Positions 18,264 through 28,041 are shown, numbered from the stretch's first letter. The stretch is DNA of 49,110 nucleotides from an uncultured Candidatus Saccharibacteria bacterium (GCA_947302765.1 CAMYWN010000001.1:1-49110); one strand, 5' to 3'. Translations and numbers: made by a program. Notes: generated by a model not told the origin, from the letters alone.

Positions 18264-19360
18264 TTGTTTAGTGGCATTATGATATGAGTGTAGGTGTCGT
18301 CGTTTTTTCCATGGATTACGATTGGCTTGACACTACTAGAGAATTCCATAATAACTTCTTTGCTACCAATAGAATTGAGGGCATCAATAAAGAATCTTGA
18401 GTTGAGTCTGGTTTTGCTATCTTTTTCAACGGTTGTCTGTAGATTAGAGTCGTTTTCACCAAACTCATTTGCAATAGAGCGAACAGAGAAGGAGTCGGGG
18501 GTCTTGGCTTCGCAAATAATTGAGCCGTCAACCGAGCGAGCAAAGAGCGCTGCGAGCTTAATTGTTCGCATGAGCTCATCCCTATCTAGGGTGACAACTG
18601 TATCATTATTTTTTGGAATCAGTGCAGTATAATCTGGATAACTAGCATCGATGAGTTTTGAGACGATTCGGGTTTCATCTAATTTAAATTCAACGAGGTC
18701 CTCATTGAAAGAGATTTCTATCTCTTCTGTGTCATCACTAATAGTACGTAGTACTTCGTGGAGAGTACTGGAAGGGACTATAGCTTTTACTTCGCTTTCA
18801 ACTTTTTTAATCATCTCTTTTTTAGCTAGGCGGTAGCCATCGGTGCTTACAGCAAACAGGGAACCATTATTAGTATCAAAACATAGACCGGTTAACGCTG
18901 GCCTAGTGAGATCGTTCGAGCTTGCAATAATAACTTGGCCGATACTGTTTTTGAAATCTTCGGCACTAGTTTTGAAGATGACGGCGTTTTTCTCATCAAT
19001 TTCTGGTAATTCAGGAAAATCATCTGCGATGGTACCATTAATAGTGGAGGAATACTTACCTGCCTTAATAGATACTTTAGTGTCATTAGTGGAGATTTCG
19101 ATGTTTTCGCCTTTAGGTAAATTAGAGACGAATTCGGTGATTAGTTTAGCTGGAACAGTGATGACTCCGTTTTCTGATTCGGAGACTGGAAGGTAACTAA
19201 TGATAGCCATGTCTAGATTAGTGGTGATTAGAGAGACTTTCTTGTCTTCTACACGAATTAAGATATTACCTAGGATTGGTAAGGTAGATTTATTAATAGC
19301 TATTCGACTAATGCACGTAAGGGCTTTACTCAGCTTTTCTTGTGTAACTTTGATTTTCAT
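18260..19360 (-). CDS. dnaN: DNA polymerase III beta clamp
   Basis: LPILGNIL, TRPALTG, STDGYRLA, YPDY, IIMPL; 366 aa, downstream of dnaA. Confidence 0.96.
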   Translation of the reverse strand: MKIKVTQEKLSKALTCISRIAINKSTLPILGNILIRVEDKKVSLITTNLDMAIISYLPVSESENGVITVPAKLITEFVSNLPKGENIEISTNDTKVSIKAGKYSSTINGTIADDFPELPEIDEKNAVIFKTSAEDFKNSIGQVIIASSNDLTRPALTGLCFDTNNGSLFAVSTDGYRLAKKEMIKKVESEVKAIVPSSTLHEVLRTISDDTEEIEISFNEDLVEFKLDETRIVSKLIDASYPDYTALIPKNNDTVVTLDRDELMRTIKLAALFARSVDGSIICEAKTPDSFSVRSIANEFGENDSNLQTTVEKDSKTRLNSRFFIDALNSIGSKEVIMEFSSSVKPIVIHGKNDDTYTHIIMPLNK

Positions 19361-19622
19361 ATACTTCCTTTCTATTAATTATTTTTTGTAGTAGTTGTAG
19401 TAGGGTGTGTGGAAATGTGTAAAACATTGGTTGAAAACAGGGATGAAACATAGGTGGATATTTTGGTGGGTAACTTGGAAAAACTTAGTGAAAAAGTGGA
19501 GTTGTACACATTTTTTATATGGAAAGTGAAAATATCCACAAAAAGGTACACAAAAATTACACACAGTTTTCGAGAAGGTTTTACACAACATTTTCACAGG
19601 AACTAGTTTGTTATTAATATTA
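19361..19622. promoter_or_regulatory. oriC, dnaA-dnaN half: DnaA-box cluster, DnaA-trios and AT-rich tract
   Basis: GTAGTAGTTGTAGTAG (19388-19403) beside TGTGGAAAT (19408-19416); ATATCCACA (19532-19540) and further degenerate boxes; AT-rich 19370-19387. Confidence 0.88.
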
Positions 19623-20993
19623 TTAACCATAGATTTTTTCCTTGATTTCTTCGATTTGGTCTCGAAGGGTAAAATTTAGCTTTAGGTCTTGGTCGATTTT
19701 GCGGATACCGTGAATTACGGTGGAATGATCTTTGACGCCAACCTCGGTAGCAATTTTATTAGTACTAAGCTTAAGGTCTTTTGAGAGGATATACATAGCA
19801 ACTTGGCGAGCAGTTTTGATATTAGAAACGCGGGATTTACTACGGAGTTCTTTGGTAGAGAGTTGATAATACTTTGCAACTTTGTCTACCACTTGTTTGG
19901 GGGAAGTAGGGTGAAGCTTGGAAGTTTTATTAACGGAAACCGCGCCGTTTTGGATGAGCTCTAGAGGAGTGAGACCACGTACTTCAGACATAAGAAGGAT
20001 GGTGGAAAATTCGCCTTCGAGGTCACGAATATTAGTGTTGACGTTTTCGGCGATATACTCGATGGCTTCTGGTTCGATTTCTACACCATCTAGCTCGGCC
20101 TTGGCACGAAGAATGGCGCATTTATCTTCGAATTTTGGTAATTGGAGATCAAAGGCGCCTGCCCAGGTGAGACGTGAAGCCAATCTTTCATCAACGGTTT
20201 TGATTTGACTAGGGAGACGGTCGCTAGTAACGATAATTTGCTTATTGAGTTGATAGAGATCGTTAAAGATATTGAAGAACTCCTCTTGACTCTTTTCCTT
20301 GTTGACGATTAGCTGAAAATCATCAATGATGAGGCAGTCGAGTTTTTGGAACCTGAGATAAAACTCCTTACCTTTGCCAGCTTTGATGGCGTCGACGAAG
20401 TCGGAATAAAAATGATTGATGGGGGTATAGAATACTTTGAAATCGGGATTTTGTTTGACTAGTGCGTTGCCGATGGCCTGGACGAGGTGTGTTTTACCTA
20501 ACCCCGGTCCACCGTAGAGGAAGAAGGGGTTATATTTGGTGCCAGGATTGGCGATGATATTTTTGGCGGCAGAGACGGCGAGATCATTATTGGAGCCGAC
20601 TACAAAATTATCTAAGGTGTATTTTTGGTTGAGACCATTATTAAAACTGTTAATGTTGGTATTTAGCTTTTTATTAACATGTTCGATGCGTTTTTTGGCG
20701 TCAGCGATGAGGGTATTTTTGGTGACTTCGCGAGGACGGACTTTGGCTTTGGTGGTGTTTTGGACAAGGAAATCTATGGTAGATACTTCTATATTATTGT
20801 TCTGCAAAGCGGTCTTAATAATATCTAAGTAGCGGTTGCGGAGCTGTTTGATATAGAAGGTGTTTTTGACTCCGATTCTAATGTCTCCATGGTCGCTGGA
20901 AATAAGTGAGGTACCTTGAAACCAGGTTGAAAAATTTGCGGCAGATATTTGTTGCTCAATCTCAGCTAGGGCGTTTTGCCAAACGTCGTACAT
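19623..20993 (-). CDS. dnaA: Chromosomal replication initiator DnaA
   Basis: YTLDNFVVGSNN, YNPFFLYGGPGLGKTHL, LIIDDFQ, QEEFFNIFN, NIRDLEG, ARQVAMY, KDHSTVIHG; AAGGAGG RBS before ATG 20993. Confidence 0.98.
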   Translation of the reverse strand: MYDVWQNALAEIEQQISAANFSTWFQGTSLISSDHGDIRIGVKNTFYIKQLRNRYLDIIKTALQNNNIEVSTIDFLVQNTTKAKVRPREVTKNTLIADAKKRIEHVNKKLNTNINSFNNGLNQKYTLDNFVVGSNNDLAVSAAKNIIANPGTKYNPFFLYGGPGLGKTHLVQAIGNALVKQNPDFKVFYTPINHFYSDFVDAIKAGKGKEFYLRFQKLDCLIIDDFQLIVNKEKSQEEFFNIFNDLYQLNKQIIVTSDRLPSQIKTVDERLASRLTWAGAFDLQLPKFEDKCAILRAKAELDGVEIEPEAIEYIAENVNTNIRDLEGEFSTILLMSEVRGLTPLELIQNGAVSVNKTSKLHPTSPKQVVDKVAKYYQLSTKELRSKSRVSNIKTARQVAMYILSKDLKLSTNKIATEVGVKDHSTVIHGIRKIDQDLKLNFTLRDQIEEIKEKIYG

Positions 20994-21018
20994 GTAGTTT
21001 AACCTCCTTCTTGGTAGT

Positions 21019-21182
21019 ATTATAGCATGAAGGAGGGAGTTTTCCACAGGAAATTGGGGTATAAATTATTATGGTGTAATAATATGAATATTTAACAGGG
21101 GAGGAGTTTTTCACAGAATTCACAAATTCCCTAAAAACGTTGTGGAAAACTTCTTGAAAATTGTGGAAAAGTGCGGTATACT
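21019..21182. promoter_or_regulatory. dnaA/rpmH divergent promoter region with DnaA boxes (upstream half of oriC)
   Basis: TTTTCCACA 21040-21048, TGTGGAAAA 21141-21149 and 21162-21170; minus-strand TGCTATAAT for dnaA; TTGAAA...TATACT for rpmH. Confidence 0.82.
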
Positions 21183-21222
21183 ATATAAAGAATTTGAAAA
21201 ATAATAAAATTTAAGGAATAAT

Positions 21223-21360
21223 ATGCCAAAAAGAACATATCAGCCACACAAAAGACAGCGCAAGGTTGAGCACGGATTTATGAAAAGAAATGCTACTAAG
21301 AATGGTCGCAAAGTTTTGGCACGCCGACGTTTGAAGGGTCGTGCACGTCTTACTGCTTAA
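21223..21360 (+). CDS. rpmH: 50S ribosomal protein L34 (below the ORF-track length cutoff)
   Basis: [53 protein letters not shown]. Confidence 0.98.
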   Translation: MPKRTYQPHKRQRKVEHGFMKRNATKNGRKVLARRRLKGRARLTA

Positions 21361-21385
21361 TTAGATTATATATAGTGATTCGATT

Positions 21386-21419
21386 AAGAGATTACGGTTT
21401 TTACAAACTGTAATCTCTT
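21386..21419 (+). terminator. Hairpin / probable terminator after rpmH
   Basis: AAGAGATTACGGTTT-ttac-AAACTGTAATCTCTT. Confidence 0.7.
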
Positions 21420-21452
21420 TAGTTAGAAAATAAGATAGAGTATAATGATAAT

Positions 21453-21797
21453 ATGCTGTGTAAGAAGTATCGGTTTCATTCGAGAGGTGGGGTGAGATAC
21501 GTCTACCAGAAAGGGAAGACGGTCCGTTCACCTAAGATGTCACTAGTCTATACAATGAATACTCGTGGGTTTACACGAGTTGCTGTGGTGGTATCTAAAA
21601 AAGTAGAAAAGACTGCAGTTGGAAGGAATCGGATGCGAAGAAGGGTGTATGAAGCGATAAGGAAGAATTTTGATTCAATTCCCAAGAAGAGGGATTATGT
21701 GTTCATGATTTATTCGAAAGAAGTGATGAGGATGCCGTTTGGTGAACTAGAGGCGATGTTGGGGAAGTTGATCGAAGAAAGTAAAGTTGGGGTTTAA
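21453..21797 (+). CDS. rnpA: Ribonuclease P protein component
   Basis: VAVVVSKKVEKTAVGRNRMRRRVYE (RNR motif); follows rpmH. Confidence 0.95.
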   Translation: MLCKKYRFHSRGGVRYVYQKGKTVRSPKMSLVYTMNTRGFTRVAVVVSKKVEKTAVGRNRMRRRVYEAIRKNFDSIPKKRDYVFMIYSKEVMRMPFGELEAMLGKLIEESKVGV

Positions 21798-21921
21798 TCC
21801 TTAATGTACTACGGGGGATATATGAGGGGTAGGGATTGTTTGTTGGTATTTAATGAGACCTTTTAGAGACCTTTTAGTTTTATCTGGAATCCTACACTAA
21901 ATATATGGTATAATGAGAGGA

Positions 21922-23031
21922 ATGGACAAGCAGAGTGTGAAGAAGAATATTTATTGGGGGATATTTATTGGTTTTGTGGTGGGATCAATATTAACCGGAA
22001 GTCCATTTAATCTAATTGATATGATTGTGGTGCGGCCGATTGTAAATATTCTATTTGTGATATTTAATTTGGTGCATGATTTTGGGTTGGCTATTATCTT
22101 ATTCACGATACTGGTGAAGATTTGTATGTGGCCGCTAACCAAGAAGCAACTTAATCAGACTAGACTAATTAGGAAATTGCAGCCTGAGCTGACTCAGATT
22201 AAAAAGAACTGCCAGGGAAATAAACAACTAGAGTCGCTCCAGACAATGGATCTTTACAAACGCTATAATGTGAAGCCATTTGCTTCGATATTGACTTTGT
22301 TTATTCAGCTTCCGATTTTTATTGCGATTTTTTCGGCGATTAGAGTAATTGCTACTCCGCTCCCGCAAGATAACTTAATGAATAGGGCTTATGATATTGT
22401 GGCGTATGAAGGTTCTGAGATTCGAGAATTGGAAGAAAAACAAAAGGTTTATTTGGCGGATTTGACGAATCAGGAGATACCAAACGAAGAAAAAACAACG
22501 TATGATTTTTATCCGCAGTTATTTGGTGTAATTAGGTTAGATGTAAAGGCGAGCGATGCTTTATCTGGGAGGTTCTCATGGAGTGCGTTGTTTATTTTGG
22601 CCTGTGCGATTTTGGCGTCTGTAGTGCAATATCTCGCTACAAAGCAACAAATGCCTTCTGGTAAGAGTGAGAAGAAAAAGAAATTCCGTGATTTGATCAA
22701 ACAAGCAAAAGAAGGTAAGGAAATTGACGATTCTGATATTAGTAGTATGACAACTAGTCAAATGTCGATGATGATGCCTTTAATGATGTTTTTCATTATG
22801 TTTAATTTAAATGGAGCTTTAGCTTTTTATTACTTCTTAAGTAATGTAATTACTGTAGTCCAGCAAAAGATTATTTTGAAGGGTATTAATCAGAAAATTG
22901 ACGATATGACTGATAAGGCGGTATTAAAAGAGTTAAAAAACATTCAAGAAGCACAAGTAATTGAAAATAAAAAAACAGGAACAAAAATAACTCGAATCTC
23001 CGCGAAAGATATTAAAAAGAAAAGGAGATAA
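21922..23031 (+). CDS. yidC: Membrane protein insertase YidC
   Basis: DFGLAIILFTILVK..MWPL, LQPEL..IKK, LFIQLPIF, ALAFYYFLSN...VVQQ; synteny with rnpA. Confidence 0.93.
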   Translation: MDKQSVKKNIYWGIFIGFVVGSILTGSPFNLIDMIVVRPIVNILFVIFNLVHDFGLAIILFTILVKICMWPLTKKQLNQTRLIRKLQPELTQIKKNCQGNKQLESLQTMDLYKRYNVKPFASILTLFIQLPIFIAIFSAIRVIATPLPQDNLMNRAYDIVAYEGSEIRELEEKQKVYLADLTNQEIPNEEKTTYDFYPQLFGVIRLDVKASDALSGRFSWSALFILACAILASVVQYLATKQQMPSGKSEKKKKFRDLIKQAKEGKEIDDSDISSMTTSQMSMMMPLMMFFIMFNLNGALAFYYFLSNVITVVQQKIILKGINQKIDDMTDKAVLKELKNIQEAQVIENKKTGTKITRISAKDIKKKRR

Positions 23032-23035
23032 TATT

Positions 23036-23491
23036 ATGAATAAAGATGAATCAATTCGCTTTGCGGCCAGATACCTGGAAGACCTTTTGAGTTTTTTTGG
23101 CATCAATGTGGCGGTGTCGTCGACTATAGACGATGAGGTAATACAACTTTCTGTACCATCTACCTCTTTAAATTCGTTATTAATCGGGAGAAATGCGGAT
23201 AATTTGCGGGCGTTGCAACATATTGTATCGATGGCCTTAGTATCGAAAGAGGCAGAGCTAACGAGAGTTAATGTAGATGTGGCAAACTATAAGAAGCAAA
23301 GAGCTGATAGAATTGCGGAAAAAGCTGAAGGTTGGATTGAGAAAGTACGAAAAACTGGTGAGCCGATGACAATTGACCTTAATGCGGCAGACCGCCGGGT
23401 GGTACATAAAGTTGCACAGGACTATTCTGATATAGAGACACACTCGGAAGGGGAGGGGCGAGAGCGGAAGTTGATTATTGAAAAGAAGTAA
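23036..23491 (+). CDS. jag: Jag/KhpB (EloR) KH+R3H RNA-binding protein, short form
   Basis: LLIGRNADNLRALQ (KH), DRRVVH (R3H), THSEGEGRER. Confidence 0.9.
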   Translation: MNKDESIRFAARYLEDLLSFFGINVAVSSTIDDEVIQLSVPSTSLNSLLIGRNADNLRALQHIVSMALVSKEAELTRVNVDVANYKKQRADRIAEKAEGWIEKVRKTGEPMTIDLNAADRRVVHKVAQDYSDIETHSEGEGRERKLIIEKK

Positions 23492-23632
23492 GTCTGTACG
23501 ACTTTATTTGCTTTGTCTTGAAAGTTAATAAAAACCGTTGATAATATTTAGTTAATAGACATTTTGTGTGCATTTATACCCCTGTTCTTCCAGAGAAGAA
23601 AATTCGTGCGAACTGAATATTTAATTGTTGTA

Positions 23633-25600
23633 TTATTCGAGTTCTTTATTAATGATAATTACGAAGTTGTAGTCTTTAGAAATACTTTCAGGAAGGGATT
23701 CTGTGAGTAGTGCGGTGGTAGAATATTTTTCTTCGAGGAGTTTTTGAACGCCTGGGGCTGTATCTGTGAGGGCGTAAAGGGTATAACCTTCTTTGTATTC
23801 TCCAGCTGGAGCATCATCGGTGTAGGTATTTAGGTAGCCGTCTTCTTCGAGGGTGCTTTGCTCCTGGGCGGCTAGGCCTGGAGTTTCGGTGGCGTTAAGA
23901 ACTAGGATGGAGTAGTCTTCATAGCTTCTGGGATCACTACTTAACATTTTGTCGATGTATTTTTGGATTCTGGCGTAATAACCTACTCCGCCGACGGGAA
24001 GGACGTAAGAGATACCGTTGATGTTGCCGGTAGTCATGAGTGGTTCTGGTTCGAGAAGAGAGATTTGGCGAACACTACTTAGGTCGATTTCTTGAGAAAG
24101 ATGGGCGAGAGTTTTAAATTCGTCTAGGGAGAAATTAGTGCGGAGGTTATCGCCGAGGGTAGAAGCGAGGTCTAAGAGCTCTGGAATGGAAAGGTCTTTT
24201 TCGGTGATTTTGTCTTTGATACCGATGAGAATTTTTTGTTGGCTGGCACCACGAGTAAAGTCGCCATTTGCGGTACCATGTCTAGCACGGGCAAGGCCGA
24301 GAGCTTGCTCGCCGTTAATAGTATACTCGGTGCCAGCTTTAAAGACAGCGTTAGTCCAACCGTAATCGAGAACGTCTTCGTCTAGAGTAACATTGATGCC
24401 GCCTAATGTATCGACGATTTGAACTAGAGAACCCCAGTTAAGGTGGGCATAATACTGAAAGTCGATACCGAGGATATCGCCAACTTCTTCCATGAGAGCA
24501 TGGGCGGCTTTAGATTCTGTTTCTAAGTTATTATCTTTGCCACCATCGTTACACCAATAGACTTCGTTGATTTTACCGGTGGCAGTGCAAGTAGGTGAAG
24601 CTTTGAGATCGCGGGGGAGAGAAAGCATGACGACGTCTTTGGATTCTTGGTCGAAACTAATAACCATGATCGAGTCGGTAAGTTGAGCGCCGTCGTGAGT
24701 GCCATTACCCTCGTCGCCTGCCATATTGTAGCCACTAGTACCAAAGGCAAGAATGTTGGTGCGACCGTTTGAATCGGTCTTGAGTGGGTTATAAGTTGGT
24801 TCGGTGAAGGTGAGAAGATCGAAGACGTTGCCTTGGCCGCCGGTGATTTTAGCAATGATATCATTACCCCAGACAACTAACCAAATAACACCACCGATCA
24901 GTAGAACAACGATGAATAGAATGATGCTTGTGATGACTTTACGTTTTTTTGACACGGGCTTTTTTACTTTCTTTGACTTAATGTTATCGGAGACGTCTGA
25001 TGTGGTGTTTAGGGTGGCGTCGGAGGCTTTTAGTTCTCCGCTTTTTTCATCAAAATCAAATATTTGGGTGGGTTTGAGAAAATCTTCCGCAGCGGAAGTA
25101 CTGAGGATATCTAGGGGTGTTTCTTGATGATTTAATTCTTGGGGAGCTGCGGACTTTGGACTGGTCTTAGTAGGGGCAATAGTGGTTGGAGGGGTAGTAA
25201 TTCGGGTAGTACTAGTTGGTGCGAGGGTACTATTAGCTGAGAGTAGTTGACTAGTTTTGGTGGATTTGGTGGATTTAGTGGTGGCAGCTGTAGTACGGGT
25301 TTTGCGATTGGTGGGAGTTTTGGGCTTATTAATGTTTGAAGTGGATACACTTTTTGATTGGCGGGTGGTTTTGGTGGTGGTCGTTCTGACGGGTTTCGTG
25401 GTAGTTTTGATCGGCTGCGCGGTTATTCTAGTTGATTTTGTAGTTGCTCTGACTGGTTTTGAAGTCGACTTAATTAGTTGTGTAGTTGGCTCAGTTGGTT
25501 TCGAAGTTGGCTTAGGGGATTTTGCGGATTTATGAGAAGAAGATACGCCAGATTTGGCGCTACGAGTTTTCAGTCCATCGATTGATTTATTTGAATCCAT
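23633..25600 (-). CDS. LCP (LytR-CpsA-Psr) family protein with long low-complexity N-terminus and LytR_C-like tail
   Basis: RTNILAFG, TDSIMVIS, LSLPRDL, KINEVY, VDTLGGI, ALGLARARH..GDFTRGASQQ, ILVLNATETPGLA. Confidence 0.92.
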   Translation of the reverse strand: MDSNKSIDGLKTRSAKSGVSSSHKSAKSPKPTSKPTEPTTQLIKSTSKPVRATTKSTRITAQPIKTTTKPVRTTTTKTTRQSKSVSTSNINKPKTPTNRKTRTTAATTKSTKSTKTSQLLSANSTLAPTSTTRITTPPTTIAPTKTSPKSAAPQELNHQETPLDILSTSAAEDFLKPTQIFDFDEKSGELKASDATLNTTSDVSDNIKSKKVKKPVSKKRKVITSIILFIVVLLIGGVIWLVVWGNDIIAKITGGQGNVFDLLTFTEPTYNPLKTDSNGRTNILAFGTSGYNMAGDEGNGTHDGAQLTDSIMVISFDQESKDVVMLSLPRDLKASPTCTATGKINEVYWCNDGGKDNNLETESKAAHALMEEVGDILGIDFQYYAHLNWGSLVQIVDTLGGINVTLDEDVLDYGWTNAVFKAGTEYTINGEQALGLARARHGTANGDFTRGASQQKILIGIKDKITEKDLSIPELLDLASTLGDNLRTNFSLDEFKTLAHLSQEIDLSSVRQISLLEPEPLMTTGNINGISYVLPVGGVGYYARIQKYIDKMLSSDPRSYEDYSILVLNATETPGLAAQEQSTLEEDGYLNTYTDDAPAGEYKEGYTLYALTDTAPGVQKLLEEKYSTTALLTESLPESISKDYNFVIIINKELE

Positions 25601-25616
25601 TATTTATAATTATAAC

Positions 25617-25946
25617 ATGAAGATGCAAAAAATCACGAAGAAACAACAAGCGGTTTTGAACTTTTTGGAGGATTTTACAGAGGAGAATGGCTATTCGCCA
25701 TCTTATCGTGAAATTATGACGGGGCTGGGATTATCGTCTGTTTCGGCTGTAGCGGAGCATATTGATAATATGGTATCAAAGGGGATTTTGAAGAAAGTAC
25801 CAGGTGCAGCACGGTCGCTTGAGGTGTTGGATTTCCGGCATACAGAAACAGTGGAGCTGTTTAAAAATAGGTTAGGGGAATGCACTGAGGAAGAGAAAAA
25901 GGTTTTAATGAAAGCGGCGGAGATATTGGGGTTGGATTTGGAGTAG
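25617..25946 (+). CDS. LexA-like N-terminal DNA-binding domain protein (no S24 peptidase domain)
   Basis: ITKKQQAVLNFLEDF..ENGYSPSYREI..GLGLSSVSAVAEHI....KG.L......RSL; only ~109 aa. Confidence 0.85.
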   Translation: MKMQKITKKQQAVLNFLEDFTEENGYSPSYREIMTGLGLSSVSAVAEHIDNMVSKGILKKVPGAARSLEVLDFRHTETVELFKNRLGECTEEEKKVLMKAAEILGLDLE

Positions 25947-26093
25947 TCTACATTTATCGGTAGAGCTTTGAAAGTGTAGATTTTTTGTCTTTTAAAGAAA
26001 CGTTTTGCTCCGGTGTTTAATTTGAACCTAAGAGGAAAGGCATAATCTGTTGAAGGAATTTAAGAAATGAGATTCATGGTAAAATGATAGTGT

Positions 26094-27425
26094 ATGTTTA
26101 AGTGGGATAGGTTAACTGTTTTGCTTTGGGGGGTATTAGTTTTGATTGTTGGTGTGGGCCTTGTGGCGAAAGCTGTGATTGGAGCGCAATTAAAGGATGA
26201 GGTGTTGGCGAAGTTTCCAGATAACGGAGCGCCGAGGATGAATATTACATTAAACGGTGTGACACTTGAAGAAATAAATCGCGGGTCAAAGGAGATAAAA
26301 TACGAAGGGAATAAAGTGGAACTATATGAAGGTGAAGATATATTAGGGTTTGATAATGTGAGAGTGAAAGGAAGAGGAAATGGCACTTGGGTGCAAAAGA
26401 AAAAGCCTTATCAAATAAGGTTTTCGGAAAAGGTAGATTTGTTTGGATTAGGAAGGGCGAGAAAATGGGTACTTCTAGCTAATGTAATGGATGCGACAAA
26501 CTTAAGGACCAAGGCAGCGTTTTATTTAGAGGATTTGCTTGGGATGAAGTATAAATTTGAAGGAAGGTTTGTGGAGTTATATATTGATGAAGAATATGAG
26601 GGGTTATATTACTTAACGCATGCGGTGGAAATCGGGAAGAGCGTGGTAGATTTGAGAGACCCGATGGGGGTACTGGTGGAGCTTGATAATTTGTATTATT
26701 GGGGAGAAGACTATCGTGAATCGGGGAATGGCGATTATTTGGTACTGAAGGACGCTGTGGACGAGGGGAATGGCGAGGCGGCGATGAGAGAGTTTATGTC
26801 GAAGTATGACGAATTCGAACGAGCTGTAGTGGAGAGAAACTACGAGAGAGTCGGGGAGCTGGTAGATGTGGAATCTTTTGCGCAGTATTATTTGCTATCA
26901 GAGTTTTCGGTGAACCCGGATGCGTATTGGACGAGTTTTTATATGTATAAGGATGGAGTGGAAGATAAGATACATGCAGGACCAGGATGGGATTTTGACT
27001 TGGCGTTTGCGAATGGATGGTGGGGGAATTGGATGGGGGAAGAGTTTTATTCGCCGGAGCGGACGATGATACGAAAGGGAGAATTGCTAACACAAGAGGA
27101 GTATGAAGAGATGAATCTGGGTGGAGAAACTGATTGGTATGCTTGGAGCCAGGGGCTGTCTAGGATTATGTTTGACATGATGGAGATGCCGGAGTTTCGG
27201 GGGGAGGTGAGGCGACAATACGAAATGAAAATGAGTAACAAAGTGGATGAACTAGGCGGGAAAATACTAGAATGGACCGAAGAGATTGAAGGGTTGACGT
27301 GGAGGGATGCAGAAAAATGGCAAAAAGGAGATTATCGGGAAGACGCTAAAAAGATGGCGGAGTGGATAAAAAAGAGGAGCGAGTTTTTTGAGAAAGAATA
27401 TGGGGTTTACAAGGCAGATATATAG
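26094..27425 (+). CDS. CotH-family kinase-like protein
   Basis: VKGRGNGTW, KKPYQIRF, KWVLLAN..D, YEGLY.L, N.D, GPGWDFDLAF; N-terminal TM. Confidence 0.9.
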   Translation: MFKWDRLTVLLWGVLVLIVGVGLVAKAVIGAQLKDEVLAKFPDNGAPRMNITLNGVTLEEINRGSKEIKYEGNKVELYEGEDILGFDNVRVKGRGNGTWVQKKKPYQIRFSEKVDLFGLGRARKWVLLANVMDATNLRTKAAFYLEDLLGMKYKFEGRFVELYIDEEYEGLYYLTHAVEIGKSVVDLRDPMGVLVELDNLYYWGEDYRESGNGDYLVLKDAVDEGNGEAAMREFMSKYDEFERAVVERNYERVGELVDVESFAQYYLLSEFSVNPDAYWTSFYMYKDGVEDKIHAGPGWDFDLAFANGWWGNWMGEEFYSPERTMIRKGELLTQEEYEEMNLGGETDWYAWSQGLSRIMFDMMEMPEFRGEVRRQYEMKMSNKVDELGGKILEWTEEIEGLTWRDAEKWQKGDYREDAKKMAEWIKKRSEFFEKEYGVYKADI

Positions 27426-27456
27426 TGTTAGACTGATAGTAGGAGAATTGTAATTT

Positions 27457-28041
27457 ATGGCACAAAAACGAAAAAGAAAAAAGAATAAAAAGCGGTTGTT
27501 TTGGTTTTTGATGTTGATTTTATTGGTAGCTGCGGCGGTGGTAGTGTATTTTGTATGGGATGGATATTTTAAGGGTAAAGGTGGGGACAAGAAGGAATCA
27601 AGCCAAGAAGTGGAGAAAGTAGAAGAGAGAATAGAGAGTGAAGAGAAGAGCGAAGATGTTATGGGAGAAAAAGAGGGGCGCGGACAGTTAGAGGATGAAG
27701 TGGGAGACGGAAAAGAGATAGTGCAATATGATGGTGAAAACCCAAATAAGGCGGAGAGTATTTCTGGCGTGGTAACTTATGCGGGAGTTAGTGGCGAGAG
27801 ATTAATGATTCGAGTAAACATTGATCAGTTTTTGGATGACGGTGAGTGTATACTTAACTTAGTGCGTAATGGATCGACTATTTATAACGATACGGCTATG
27901 GTTGTAGGAAATGTGGCTACGGCGACATGCGAAGGGTTTGATGTGTCGGTGGATGGAATGGGCGGAGGGACGACGGATATAATAATCACGGTGAACTCTG
28001 GAGAAAGAACTGGGACTATTGTCGGAAGGGTGGAGCTATGA
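27457..28041 (+). CDS. Hypothetical single-TM protein
   Basis: Basic N-terminus, TM helix, acidic linker, beta-rich C-terminal domain with two Cys. Confidence 0.8.
   Translation: MAQKRKRKKNKKRLFWFLMLILLVAAAVVVYFVWDGYFKGKGGDKKESSQEVEKVEERIESEEKSEDVMGEKEGRGQLEDEVGDGKEIVQYDGENPNKAESISGVVTYAGVSGERLMIRVNIDQFLDDGECILNLVRNGSTIYNDTAMVVGNVATATCEGFDVSVDGMGGGTTDIIITVNSGERTGTIVGRVEL

Noticed and set aside
19379..19630. 83-aa ORF between dnaA and dnaN
   Set aside because: Translation of the DnaA-box/trio region of oriC (FH/HT-rich), not protein-like.
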